Assembly: GCA_049840735.1 (NCBI GenBank)
Contig: JASGJN010000022.1
Span: 384,001 to 448,000 of the forward strand
Direction of reading: 5' to 3'
DNA from: Anaeromyxobacter sp.
GTDB taxonomy: Bacteria; Myxococcota; Myxococcia; Myxococcales; Anaeromyxobacteraceae
Length of the DNA: 64,000 nt
Below the pieces are notes generated by a model, which did not search any database, was not told the origin of the DNA, and was given only the letters and a program-made list of their open reading frames with translations. Numbering within the stretch: position 1 is the first letter of the stretch; each line of letters begins with the position of its first letter. The translations under genes and the position numbers were made by a program. Shown one piece after another: positions 37,922-46,752 of the stretch.

Positions 37922-39127
37922 TCACTCCCTCCACGTCTCCAGCACCACGTCGTCGTAGAGGACCTGCCCCTCGTAGTAGTTCGCGTGCGGGTCCCCGAAC
38001 ATGAACCAGTCCGGCCAGGCACCGCCTGCGGGCCAGCGCTGGACGTCCGGCGCCGACGGGTAGCCGGACGTGTCCTCGCAGCCGCGGGCCTGGGCGGCCT
38101 CGGCGGCGTCCACCGGCCAGTGCCAGACGCAGCGGGCGGACGCGTCGATGGTGGCGCGGTAGGTGGTCTCGCCGCCGAACTCGAACCGGCCGGAGACCTC
38201 CATGGTGTAGGTGCCGCCATCCCGCTCCACGGTGACGCGGTACCACTCGCCGGGCAGGTAGCGGTCGGCGGCGCGGATGGTGCCGTCCGGCTGCCACTGG
38301 CCGGCGGCCCAGGAGTAGAACGCGTTGCCGACCTTCTCGTCGGCGGGCCGGGACCCGTCCAGCGCGATCATCATCACGGGGCGCTCGCCGGAGGAGCGGA
38401 AGCGCTGGCCGTCCCAGATCTCCATCCACGGCGGCGAGTGGTTGTCCGAGTCGATCACCAGCTTCCTGTGGTGGTGGATCCAGGTGTTGTTGTGCGGGCG
38501 CGGCTGCGCGTCCAGGATCGACACCCAGTAGAAGCCGTTCTGCGAGGGCGCCAGCGCGTCCGGCCACCAGGGGCCGGCCCGCTCGTCGCCGCTGTCGTAG
38601 CCGTTGAGCCCCGCCAGCCCGTCGCCGAACCGGGCGAAGCCGACGCGCAGCGAGAGCCGGTAGCGGGCCGGGAGCGGGGCGGTGGGGCGGACCACCAGCG
38701 CGTCGGTGTGCGCCGGCGAGGCCACCCGCAGCACCTGGTTGGCGGGATCGGCTGGGTCGTTCACCACCGCGGCCTGGTCGGCCAGCGACGCGCCCGAACG
38801 CCGGGTGTACGCCTCGGCGGTGAGCCAGCCGTCCGCGCCGAAGGGCACCGAGGCGCGGTAGGCGGCGGGCGGCGTGACCCCGCGCGCGGTGAAGTAGGCG
38901 CCGGCGTCGGCGAAGGGGCCGTCGTCGGGCACCGGATCCGGCGCGAAGGCGCCGGCCGGCAGCGCCGCGTCGAAGCGCTCCTCGGCCGTCACCACCCAGC
39001 CCGGACCCGCGGGTGGGACCGGGGTCTCGGGAGCGCCGGAGGGGGCGGGCGGGCCGGCGGGCGGTCCACCGGTGGAGCCGCAGGCGAGGAGGACGGCGGC
39101 CAGGGAGGCGCAGGCGAGGCGGTGCAT
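37922..39127 (-). CDS. Hypothetical lipoprotein (~401 aa)
   Basis: MHRLACASLAAVLLAC lipobox, Pro-rich linker, aromatic-rich body with GC3 bias. Confidence 0.8.
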   Translation of the reverse strand: MHRLACASLAAVLLACGSTGGPPAGPPAPSGAPETPVPPAGPGWVVTAEERFDAALPAGAFAPDPVPDDGPFADAGAYFTARGVTPPAAYRASVPFGADGWLTAEAYTRRSGASLADQAAVVNDPADPANQVLRVASPAHTDALVVRPTAPLPARYRLSLRVGFARFGDGLAGLNGYDSGDERAGPWWPDALAPSQNGFYWVSILDAQPRPHNNTWIHHHRKLVIDSDNHSPPWMEIWDGQRFRSSGERPVMMIALDGSRPADEKVGNAFYSWAAGQWQPDGTIRAADRYLPGEWYRVTVERDGGTYTMEVSGRFEFGGETTYRATIDASARCVWHWPVDAAEAAQARGCEDTSGYPSAPDVQRWPAGGAWPDWFMFGDPHANYYEGQVLYDDVVLETWRE

Positions 39128-39166
39128 CCCACGGGAAGGAACGGCGGCCGTGATAGCTTCCCGCCC

Positions 39167-39952
39167 ATGCCGGTGGTGACCCTCCTCCTCGAGTACGACG
39201 GCACGCGCTACGTGGGCTGGCAGCTGCAGCCCAACGGCCCCTCGGTGCAGGCCGAGGTGGAGCGGGCGCTGGAGGCGCTGCACAAGTCGCCCCGCCGGGT
39301 GACCGCGGCCGGCCGGACGGACGCCGGGGTCCACGCCCGCGGCCAGGTGGTGACCTTCCCGGAGGAGCGCCCGCTCCCGCTCAAGGCCTACGTGAAGGGG
39401 ATGAACGCGCTCCTCCCGCCGGACATCGCCGTGCGCGCGGCGCGGCTCGAGCCGGACGGCTTCGACGCGCGGCGCAGCGCGCGCGGCAAGCGCTACCGCT
39501 ACGTGATCGAGAACGGCCCCACCCGCAGCGCCCTCACGCGCCTGCAGGCCTGGCAGCACTACCGGCCGCTGGACGTGGCCGCCATGCGCGAAGCCGCGGC
39601 CCACCTGCTGGGCCGGCACGACTTCGCCGCCTTCCAGGCCTCCGACTGCGCCGCCCATCACGCCGTGCGCGAGGTGCGCCGGCTGGACGTGCTGGGCGAG
39701 ACCGGCGGCCGGATCGAGGTGGTGATCGAGGCCACCGCCTTCGTGAAGCACATGGTGCGGAACATCGTGGGCACGCTGGCCGAGGTGGGGGTGGGCAAGC
39801 GGGCGCCCGCCTCGCTGCGCGACCTGCTGGCGCGCGGCGATCGGACCGAGGCGGGACCGACCGCACCGCCGCAGGGGCTCTTCATGGAGGAGGTCTTCTA
39901 CCCCGCGTCCGGCGGCGCGCCCGCCGCGGATGGCGACGACGACGAGGGCTGA
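39167..39952 (+). CDS. truA: tRNA pseudouridine(38-40) synthase
   Basis: EYDGTRYVGWQ, AAGRTDAGVHA, GRHDFAAF, FVKHMVRNIVG, TAPPQGL. Confidence 0.96.
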   Translation: MPVVTLLLEYDGTRYVGWQLQPNGPSVQAEVERALEALHKSPRRVTAAGRTDAGVHARGQVVTFPEERPLPLKAYVKGMNALLPPDIAVRAARLEPDGFDARRSARGKRYRYVIENGPTRSALTRLQAWQHYRPLDVAAMREAAAHLLGRHDFAAFQASDCAAHHAVREVRRLDVLGETGGRIEVVIEATAFVKHMVRNIVGTLAEVGVGKRAPASLRDLLARGDRTEAGPTAPPQGLFMEEVFYPASGGAPAADGDDDEG

Positions 39953-39953
39953 C

Positions 39954-40127
39954 TCAGCGGGCGCCAGGCGGCGTCTCGCGCGGCCGCTTGCGCGCTGCGG
40001 CAATCCCGAAGCAGGCCAGCGCGAGCAGCAGCGGCACGTGGATGGGCAGCCCGACGCCCGGCAGCGCCCAGTAGCCCACCAGCCAGGACAGCAGCAGCAC
40101 GAACCCCAGCACCACGAACAGCGCCAT
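39954..40127 (-). CDS. Small two-helix membrane protein (lmo0937-like)
   Basis: MALFVVLGFVLLLSWLVGYW...GLPIHVPLLLAL, 57 aa. Confidence 0.6.
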   Translation of the reverse strand: MALFVVLGFVLLLSWLVGYWALPGVGLPIHVPLLLALACFGIAAARKRPRETPPGAR

Positions 40128-40272
40128 GCGCCAAAGATGCACACGCGCGGCCCGGCGGTGCCGGGCGCTCCGGGCGGCCCCGCCCCCGCGGGGGAAGGGT
40201 GCGGCGCTGGGCGCCTGACGGAGGGCGGGCCGGGGTGTTATCCTCCCACCCTTTCCTGTCCTGCGGAGACCC

Positions 40273-41358
40273 ATGAGCGCGAAGCTGAAGGTCGGAGTCC
40301 TGGGCGCGACCGGCATGGTCGGTCAGCGCTTCCTCGCCCTGCTCGAGAACCACCCCTGGTACGAGGTGACGCTGGTCGCGGCCAGCGCCAACTCGGCAGG
40401 CAAGCCCTACGCCGACGCGGTGAAGGGGCGCTGGGCGATGAAGACCCCGATCCCTGCCGCCGCGGCGAAGCTCACCGTCAAGGACGCCTCGGCGGTGGAG
40501 GCCATCGCCGGCCAGGTGGACTTCGTCTTCTGCGCCGTGGACATGCCCAAGGACGAGACCGCCCGGCTGGAGGAGGCCTACGCCCGGGCCGAGACGCCGG
40601 TGGTCTCCAACAACTCCGCCCACCGCGGCACGCCCGACGTGCCGATGATGATCCCGGAGGTGAACCCGGAGCACGCCGCGGTCATCGAGGCGCAGCGCCG
40701 CCGGCTGGGGTCGAGGCGCGGCTTCGTGGCGGTGAAGCCCAACTGCTCGCTGCAGAGCTACGTGCCGGCGCTGGCCCCGCTCTGGAAGTTCGGCCCGAAC
40801 AAGGTGGCGGTCACGACCTACCAGGCCATCTCCGGCGCCGGGAAGACCTTCGAGACCTGGCCGGAGATGGTCGACAACGTCATCCCCTTCATCAAGGGCG
40901 AGGAGGAGAAGAGCGAGCAGGAGCCGCTCAAGATCTGGGGCAAGCTGGCCGACGGCCGGATCGTCCCTGCGGCCTCGCCGCTCATCACCGCCCAGTGCAT
41001 CCGCGTGGCGGCGGCGGACGGCCACCTGGCCGCGGTCTTCGTGGGGTTCGAGAAGAAGCCCGCCCGCGAGGAGATCCTCGAGGCCTGGAAGACCTTCCAG
41101 GGCCGGCCGCAGCAGCTGAAGCTGCCCTCCGCCCCGGCGCCGTTCCTCCACTACTTCGAGGAGGACAACCGCCCGCAGACCCGGCTCGACCGCGACGCCG
41201 GCAACGGCATGGCCGTGACCATCGGCCGGCTCCGCCCGGATCACCTGCTCGACTGGCGCTTCGTGGCGCTCTCGCACAACACCGTCCGCGGCGCCGCCGG
41301 CGGCGCGGTGCTGACCGCCGAGCTGCTCACCGCGGAGAAGTGGATCCAGGCCAAGTAG
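40273..41358 (+). CDS. asd: Aspartate-semialdehyde dehydrogenase
   Basis: VGVLGATGMVGQRF, PEVN, KPNCS, QAISGAG, LSHNTVRGAAGGAVL; GGAG RBS. Confidence 0.96.
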   Translation: MSAKLKVGVLGATGMVGQRFLALLENHPWYEVTLVAASANSAGKPYADAVKGRWAMKTPIPAAAAKLTVKDASAVEAIAGQVDFVFCAVDMPKDETARLEEAYARAETPVVSNNSAHRGTPDVPMMIPEVNPEHAAVIEAQRRRLGSRRGFVAVKPNCSLQSYVPALAPLWKFGPNKVAVTTYQAISGAGKTFETWPEMVDNVIPFIKGEEEKSEQEPLKIWGKLADGRIVPAASPLITAQCIRVAAADGHLAAVFVGFEKKPAREEILEAWKTFQGRPQQLKLPSAPAPFLHYFEEDNRPQTRLDRDAGNGMAVTIGRLRPDHLLDWRFVALSHNTVRGAAGGAVLTAELLTAEKWIQAK

Positions 41359-41551
41359 CGCGCTCTTCCCGGTGGACGCGGACCGGCTGGCAGCGCGGGC
41401 CGCCTGGCTCTCCACCGCCCTGGCCGCGCTCCCGGTCACCGCGGCCTGGGCCCTGGCCGGCGCGCTGCTGGGGTAGGCGTGCGTGACGTCGTCGCCGCGT
41501 CGTTGCGCCCCGTTCGCAGAACCGTCACGAACCCGCGGCAAGGTCCCGGCC

Positions 41552-42097
41552 ATGCGAAGACTCGCCCTCGTCACCGCCCTGGCGCTCTCCGGCTGCGCCT
41601 CGCTGGGCGCGCCGCCGGCCGGCTTCTACCGGGTGCCGGGCACCGCCCCCATGCCCACGCCGCTCTCCGCGCGCGAGGGCGCCCAGAGCTTCCGGTTCGA
41701 GCTGCCCGCCGGCGTGGCCTACACGGTCGAGGCCGCCACCGCCGGCGATGACCTCGAGCTCCGCACCGAGGTGAAGAACGGCGGGCGGGGCGCCATCGTC
41801 TACGCGCTGGGGCGGGCCCGCGTCCGCGCCGGCGAGCACGCGCTGGTGGTGGTGAGGACGCACGACGACCCGAGCCGGGCCCCGCTCACCAGCGCCATGA
41901 CCACGCCCGCCTATCGCGAGGGCCAGCGCGCCATCGCCGCCGGCGAGCGGCTGGTGGTGACCCGCACGCTCCGGCTGCCCGAGGCGGTGGCTGCGGGCGA
42001 TGCCGTCCGGCTGCTGGAGCGGCTGGTGCTGGAGGACGCCGTCACCATCGGCGGCGCGGCCGAGCCGGTGCGCGTGAGCTTCGAGAAGGCGCGGTAG
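41552..42097 (+). CDS. Hypothetical lipoprotein
   Basis: MRRLALVTALALSGC lipobox; GC3 bias. Confidence 0.75.
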   Translation: MRRLALVTALALSGCASLGAPPAGFYRVPGTAPMPTPLSAREGAQSFRFELPAGVAYTVEAATAGDDLELRTEVKNGGRGAIVYALGRARVRAGEHALVVVRTHDDPSRAPLTSAMTTPAYREGQRAIAAGERLVVTRTLRLPEAVAAGDAVRLLERLVLEDAVTIGGAAEPVRVSFEKAR

Positions 42098-42107
42098 GAA
42101 ACGGGAT

Positions 42108-42146
42108 CTGCTCGCCCCCGCCCCTCTCCCAGTCGGGGGCGAGCAG
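42108..42146. terminator. Strong hairpin downstream of the lipoprotein gene
   Basis: CTGCTCGCCCCCG and CGGGGGCGAGCAG form a perfect 13-bp inverted repeat with a 13-nt loop. Confidence 0.55.
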
Positions 42147-42417
42147 CTCCCAACGCCCCCCGCCAGAGAGGCGGCCGCGGGCCGGCGTGAGCCGAAGCAG
42201 CGCGGCGAAGCAGACGCATCGTCGCGCACCCTGCGCCAGATGGGTATCCCCGGAGCCTAGGGCGTCCTCGCCGGCCGCGTTGACGGACGGCAAGGACTGA
42301 CCCCCAGTCGATGAGAGCCTCCTCAGGAACCGGGGCGGCGCGGCGGGGAGGCACGGCCAGCGCACCTCTGCGCACCGTCTCGATCCCGGACGCCCGCTCT
42401 CCCGCGTCCTGCCGCCG

Positions 42418-45039
42418 TCAGTGCACCACCACCTCCGGCTCCACCGGCCGCTGCCCCCTGGCGAAGGAGATGTTCCCGTCCTTCCCCTCGTCGACCACCA
42501 CGTGGTCGCCGGCCTTGAACTCGGCCTTGAGCAGGCGCGTGGCCAGCGGGTCCTGGATCATCCGCTGGAGGGCGCGCTTCAGCGGGCGGGCGCCGTAGAC
42601 CGGGTCGTAGCCGGCGTCGGCGATGGCCTCGCGGGCCGCCTCGGTCAGCTCCAGCGTGACCTGCCGCTCCTCCAGCAGCTTGCGCAGCCGCGCCAGCTGG
42701 ATCTCCACGATGCGGCCGATGTCGGCCCGGGTGAGCGGGCGGAAGACCACGATGTCGTCCACGCGGTTCAGGAACTCGGGCCGGAACTCGGCGCGCAGGT
42801 TCTCCAGCGCCGCCTCGCGGAGCTGCTGCATGTCCGAGCCGGGCCGGCCGGCCAGCCGCTGGATCTCGGCCGAGCCGATGTTGGAGGTCATGATCACCAC
42901 CGCGTTGCGGAAGTCCACCGTCCGCCCCTGCCCGTCGGTGAGCCGCCCGTCGTCGAGGATCTGCAGGAGCACGTTGAAGACGTCGTGGTGCGCCTTCTCA
43001 ATCTCGTCGAGGAGGATCACCGCGTAGGGCCGGCGGCGCACCGCCTCGGTGAGCTGGCCGCCCTCGTCGTAGCCGACGTAGCCGGGGGGCGCGCCAATCA
43101 GCCGCGAGACGGCGTGCTTCTCCATGTACTCGCTCATGTCGATGCGGACCAGCGCCGCCTCGTCGTCGAAGAGGAACCCGGCCAGCGCGCGGGCGGTCTC
43201 GGTCTTGCCCACGCCGGTGGGGCCCAGGAAGATGAACGAGCCGATGGGCCGGTTGGGATCCTGCAGGCCGGAGCGGGCCCGGCGGACCGCGGCCGAGACC
43301 GCCTCCACCGCCTCGCGCTGCCCCACCACGCGCCCCTCCAGCCGCGTCTCCATGCTGAGCAGCTTCTCGACCTCGCCCTCCACCAGGCGCGAGACCGGGA
43401 TGCCGGTCCACTTGGAGACCACCTCGGCGATCTCCTCCCCCGTGACCTCCTCCTTGAGCATGGCGCCGCCGGACTGGACCTGGGCCAGCTTCTCCTCGGC
43501 CGCCTTCACCTGCCGCTGCAGCTCGGGCAGCCGCCCGAACTTGATCTCGGCCGCCTTCTGGAAGTCGGCGGCGCGCTCGGCGGCGGCCTGCTCGGTGCGG
43601 AGCTGCTCCAGCCCGGCCCGCGCGTCGTTCAGCTCGCGGATCACGCCCTTCTCGGCGTCCCAGCGGCTCTTGAGGCGCGTGAACTCCTCGTTGCGCGCGG
43701 CCAGCTCCTTCTCCACCGCCTCCAGCCGCGTGCGCGAGCCCTCGTCCTGCTCCTTCTTCAGCCCCTGGCGCTCGATCTCCAGCTGGCCGATGCGCCGCCG
43801 CACCTCGTCCACCTCGGTGGGCATGGAGTCAATCTCGATGCGCAGCCGGCTGGCCGCCTCGTCGATGAGGTCGATGGCCTTGTCCGGCAGGAACCGGTCG
43901 GTGATGTAGCGGTGGGAGAGGCGGGCCGCGTCCACCAGCGCCGCGTCCTGGATGCGCACCTTGTGGTGCAGCTCGTAGCGGTCCTTGAGGCCGCGCAGGA
44001 TGGAGATGGTGTCGGTCACCGAGGGCTCGCCCACGAAGACCGGCTGGAAGCGCCGCTCCAGGGCCGGGTCCTTCTCCACGTGCTTGCGGTACTCGTCCAC
44101 CGTGGTGGCGCCGATGGCGTGCAGCTCGCCGCGGGCCAGCGCGGGCTTCAGCATGTTGCCCGCGTCCATGGCCCCCTCGGCCGCGCCGGCGCCCACCAGC
44201 GTGTGCAGCTCGTCGATGAAGAGGATGAGCTGGCCCTCCGAGGCCACCACCTCCTTCAGCACGGCCTTGAGCCGCTCCTCGAACTCGCCGCGGAACTTGG
44301 CCCCGGCCACCAGCGCGCCCAGGTCCAGCGCCAGGAGCCGCTTGCCCTTCAGTCCCTCCGGCACGTCGCCGTCCACGATGCGCCGGGCCAGCCCCTCGGC
44401 GATGGCGGTCTTGCCCACGCCGGGATCGCCCACCAGCACCGGGTTGTTCTTGGTGCGGCGGGAGAGGATCTGGACCACGCGCCGGATCTCGTCGTCCCGG
44501 CCGATCACCGGGTCGAGCTTGCCCTGCCTGGCCAGCTGGGTGAGGTCCTTGGCGTACTTCTCCAGCGCCTGGTACTGGCTCTCCGCGTCGGGGGAGGTGA
44601 CCCGCGCGCCGCCCCGGACCTCGCCCAGCGCGGTGCGGATCCGGTCCGGGCTGGCGCCCGCGGCGCGCAGCGCCTCGCCGGCGCCGGTCTTCTCGGCGGC
44701 CGCGGCCAGCAGCAGGTGCTCGGTGGAGACGTACTCGTCCTTGAGCTTGCGGGCCTCGTCCTCGGCCCGGTCGAAGAGCTTCATCAGCCGGTGGGCAGGG
44801 TAGGCCTCGCCGCCGGTGACCCTGGGCACCGTGCGCAGCTCGTCCTCGAGCTGCCCGGCCACGCGCCCCGGGTCGGCGCCGATCTTCCCCAGGATGGCGC
44901 GGGCGATCCCGTCCTCCTGGGCGAGCAGCGCCAGGGCCAGGTGCTCGACGTCGATGGCCTGGTGGTCGCGACGCCGCGCCTCGGCCTGCGCGGCGGAGAG
45001 GGCTTCCTGGGCCTTGACGGTAAGCTTCTCCAGTCTCAT
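42418..45039 (-). CDS. clpB: ATP-dependent chaperone ClpB
   Basis: [27 protein letters not shown], coiled-coil middle domain, [28 protein letters not shown]. Confidence 0.98.
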   Translation of the reverse strand: MRLEKLTVKAQEALSAAQAEARRRDHQAIDVEHLALALLAQEDGIARAILGKIGADPGRVAGQLEDELRTVPRVTGGEAYPAHRLMKLFDRAEDEARKLKDEYVSTEHLLLAAAAEKTGAGEALRAAGASPDRIRTALGEVRGGARVTSPDAESQYQALEKYAKDLTQLARQGKLDPVIGRDDEIRRVVQILSRRTKNNPVLVGDPGVGKTAIAEGLARRIVDGDVPEGLKGKRLLALDLGALVAGAKFRGEFEERLKAVLKEVVASEGQLILFIDELHTLVGAGAAEGAMDAGNMLKPALARGELHAIGATTVDEYRKHVEKDPALERRFQPVFVGEPSVTDTISILRGLKDRYELHHKVRIQDAALVDAARLSHRYITDRFLPDKAIDLIDEAASRLRIEIDSMPTEVDEVRRRIGQLEIERQGLKKEQDEGSRTRLEAVEKELAARNEEFTRLKSRWDAEKGVIRELNDARAGLEQLRTEQAAAERAADFQKAAEIKFGRLPELQRQVKAAEEKLAQVQSGGAMLKEEVTGEEIAEVVSKWTGIPVSRLVEGEVEKLLSMETRLEGRVVGQREAVEAVSAAVRRARSGLQDPNRPIGSFIFLGPTGVGKTETARALAGFLFDDEAALVRIDMSEYMEKHAVSRLIGAPPGYVGYDEGGQLTEAVRRRPYAVILLDEIEKAHHDVFNVLLQILDDGRLTDGQGRTVDFRNAVVIMTSNIGSAEIQRLAGRPGSDMQQLREAALENLRAEFRPEFLNRVDDIVVFRPLTRADIGRIVEIQLARLRKLLEERQVTLELTEAAREAIADAGYDPVYGARPLKRALQRMIQDPLATRLLKAEFKAGDHVVVDEGKDGNISFARGQRPVEPEVVVH

Positions 45040-45134
45040 GGGCCGAACGTAACGCCGCGCAGGACGCTGGCAAGCGACGTGCCTTCCGCGATAGACCAGG
45101 GGGGAAGCGACGCGCACCCCCCTCCGGGACCCCG

Positions 45135-46706
45135 ATGCCAGGCCAGGCGCAGCCCATCTCCGCCGCACGGGTCGCCCTCTTCCTGGCGGGCGTGCTGGCG
45201 CCCCTGCTCCTGCTCTGGGCGTTCGCCCCGCCCGACCTGGTCCTGCCCACCGACGTCTACACCGGCCTCCACGCCGGCATCGAGCTGGTGGTGGCGGCGG
45301 TGGGGCTGGCCACCTTCGCCGTCCAGTGGTTCGCCGCCGGCACCGGCGTGTTCCGCGAGGCGCGGGCCCGCTTCCTGGCCGCCACGTTCCTGGGCGTGGC
45401 CGCGCTCGAGGTCCTCCACTACCTGTGCTTCCCCGGCATGCCGGGGTTCCTCGGTCCGGCCACCACCGAGCGCGGCATCTTCTACTTCCTGGCCGCGCGC
45501 GCCTGGACCCTGGCCGCCCTGCTGGCGGCGCTCTTGATGGGGCCGGAGACCGAGCACCCGCTGCTCCGCCGCCGCTGGCTCTTCGCCTGGAACGGCGCGC
45601 TGCTGGCGGCGGTGGTGGCGTTCGACCAGCTGGCCGGGCCGGACCGGGCCTGGTTCTTCGTGCAGGGGCAGGGGCTCACGCCGGCCAAGAAGCTGATCGA
45701 CGCCGGGATGGCGGCGGTGGCGCTGGCCGGCGCCGCCCGCGCGCTGCAGCGGGCGCGGCGCGTGCGCAACGACCGCGCGCTGGTGAAGGTGGCGGCGGCG
45801 CTGACGGCCATGGCCGCGTCGGAGGTGGCCTTCACGCTCTACCGGTCGCCGCACGACCTCTTCAACGTGGTGGGGCACGTCTACCTGCTGCTGGCCTTCT
45901 GGTACCTCTTCGACGGGCTCTTCGTGGCGGCGCTGCTCCAGCCCTACCGCGAGCTGGAGCGGCTGCGCGCCCACGTCGAGGACGAGCTGAAGGTGACCAT
46001 CCGCCGGCTGGAGAAGGTGACCGAGCAGCGCGAGGACCTGCTGCGGGCCGTCTCGCACGATCTGCGCAACCCGCTGCAGGTGGTGCTGCTGCAGGTGGAG
46101 CGGCTCTCGCGCGCGGCCGGCGACCTGGCGGTGGTGCGCCGGCCGGTCTCGTCCATCCGCTTCGCCGGGCGGCGCATGGAGCGGATGCTGCGCGACCTGG
46201 CCGACGCCAGCCGGCTGGAGGGGGGCGCGCTGCAGCTGGACCGCGCCCCGCTGGCGCTGGGGCCGTTCGTGGACCAGCTGCTCGAGGTGGAGCACGGCGT
46301 GCTGGAGACCGACCGGGTCCGCAACGAGGTGCCGCTGGGGCTGCCGCCGCTGGACGTGGACGCCGACCGGCTCGACCGCATCCTGGTCAACCTGGTGGGC
46401 AACGCGCTCAAGTACTCGCCGGGGACGGTGGTGATCGGCGCCCACGCCGGCGACGGCGAGGCCTGCCTGTGGGTCAGCGACGAGGGACCGGGCATCCCGC
46501 CCGCCGACCTGGCGCGCCTCTTCGAGCGCTTCTACCGGGGTCACCGCCACGAGGGCGAGGGGCTGGGGCTGGGCCTCTTCATCGTGAAGCGCCTGGTGGA
46601 GGCGCACGGCGGGCGGATCGAGGCCGAGAGCGCGGTGGGGCGCGGGAGCACGTTCACCATCCACCTGCCGCTCTGGCGCGAGCCGGTGGTCACCAGCGGC
46701 GCATGA
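45135..46706 (+). CDS. Membrane sensor histidine kinase with a MASE3-like input domain
   Basis: Multi-TM N-terminus ([20 protein letters not shown]); H-box [30 protein letters not shown]. Confidence 0.9.
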   Translation: MPGQAQPISAARVALFLAGVLAPLLLLWAFAPPDLVLPTDVYTGLHAGIELVVAAVGLATFAVQWFAAGTGVFREARARFLAATFLGVAALEVLHYLCFPGMPGFLGPATTERGIFYFLAARAWTLAALLAALLMGPETEHPLLRRRWLFAWNGALLAAVVAFDQLAGPDRAWFFVQGQGLTPAKKLIDAGMAAVALAGAARALQRARRVRNDRALVKVAAALTAMAASEVAFTLYRSPHDLFNVVGHVYLLLAFWYLFDGLFVAALLQPYRELERLRAHVEDELKVTIRRLEKVTEQREDLLRAVSHDLRNPLQVVLLQVERLSRAAGDLAVVRRPVSSIRFAGRRMERMLRDLADASRLEGGALQLDRAPLALGPFVDQLLEVEHGVLETDRVRNEVPLGLPPLDVDADRLDRILVNLVGNALKYSPGTVVIGAHAGDGEACLWVSDEGPGIPPADLARLFERFYRGHRHEGEGLGLGLFIVKRLVEAHGGRIEAESAVGRGSTFTIHLPLWREPVVTSGA

Positions 46707-46752
46707 GGTCCGCGCGTGGTGAGCCTGCCGGCCCCCGCGCGGCGCGCGCCGC

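Noticed and set aside
37533..37958. ORFs encoding (LLRRLSIP)n, (MDRRRRSG)n or (PVHPAPAA)n
   Set aside because: They are by-products of a stop-free 24-bp repeat and overlap the palindromic element, with no independent coding evidence.
45040..45134. CIRCE or HAIR heat-shock operator upstream of clpB
   Set aside because: Neither inverted repeat is present.
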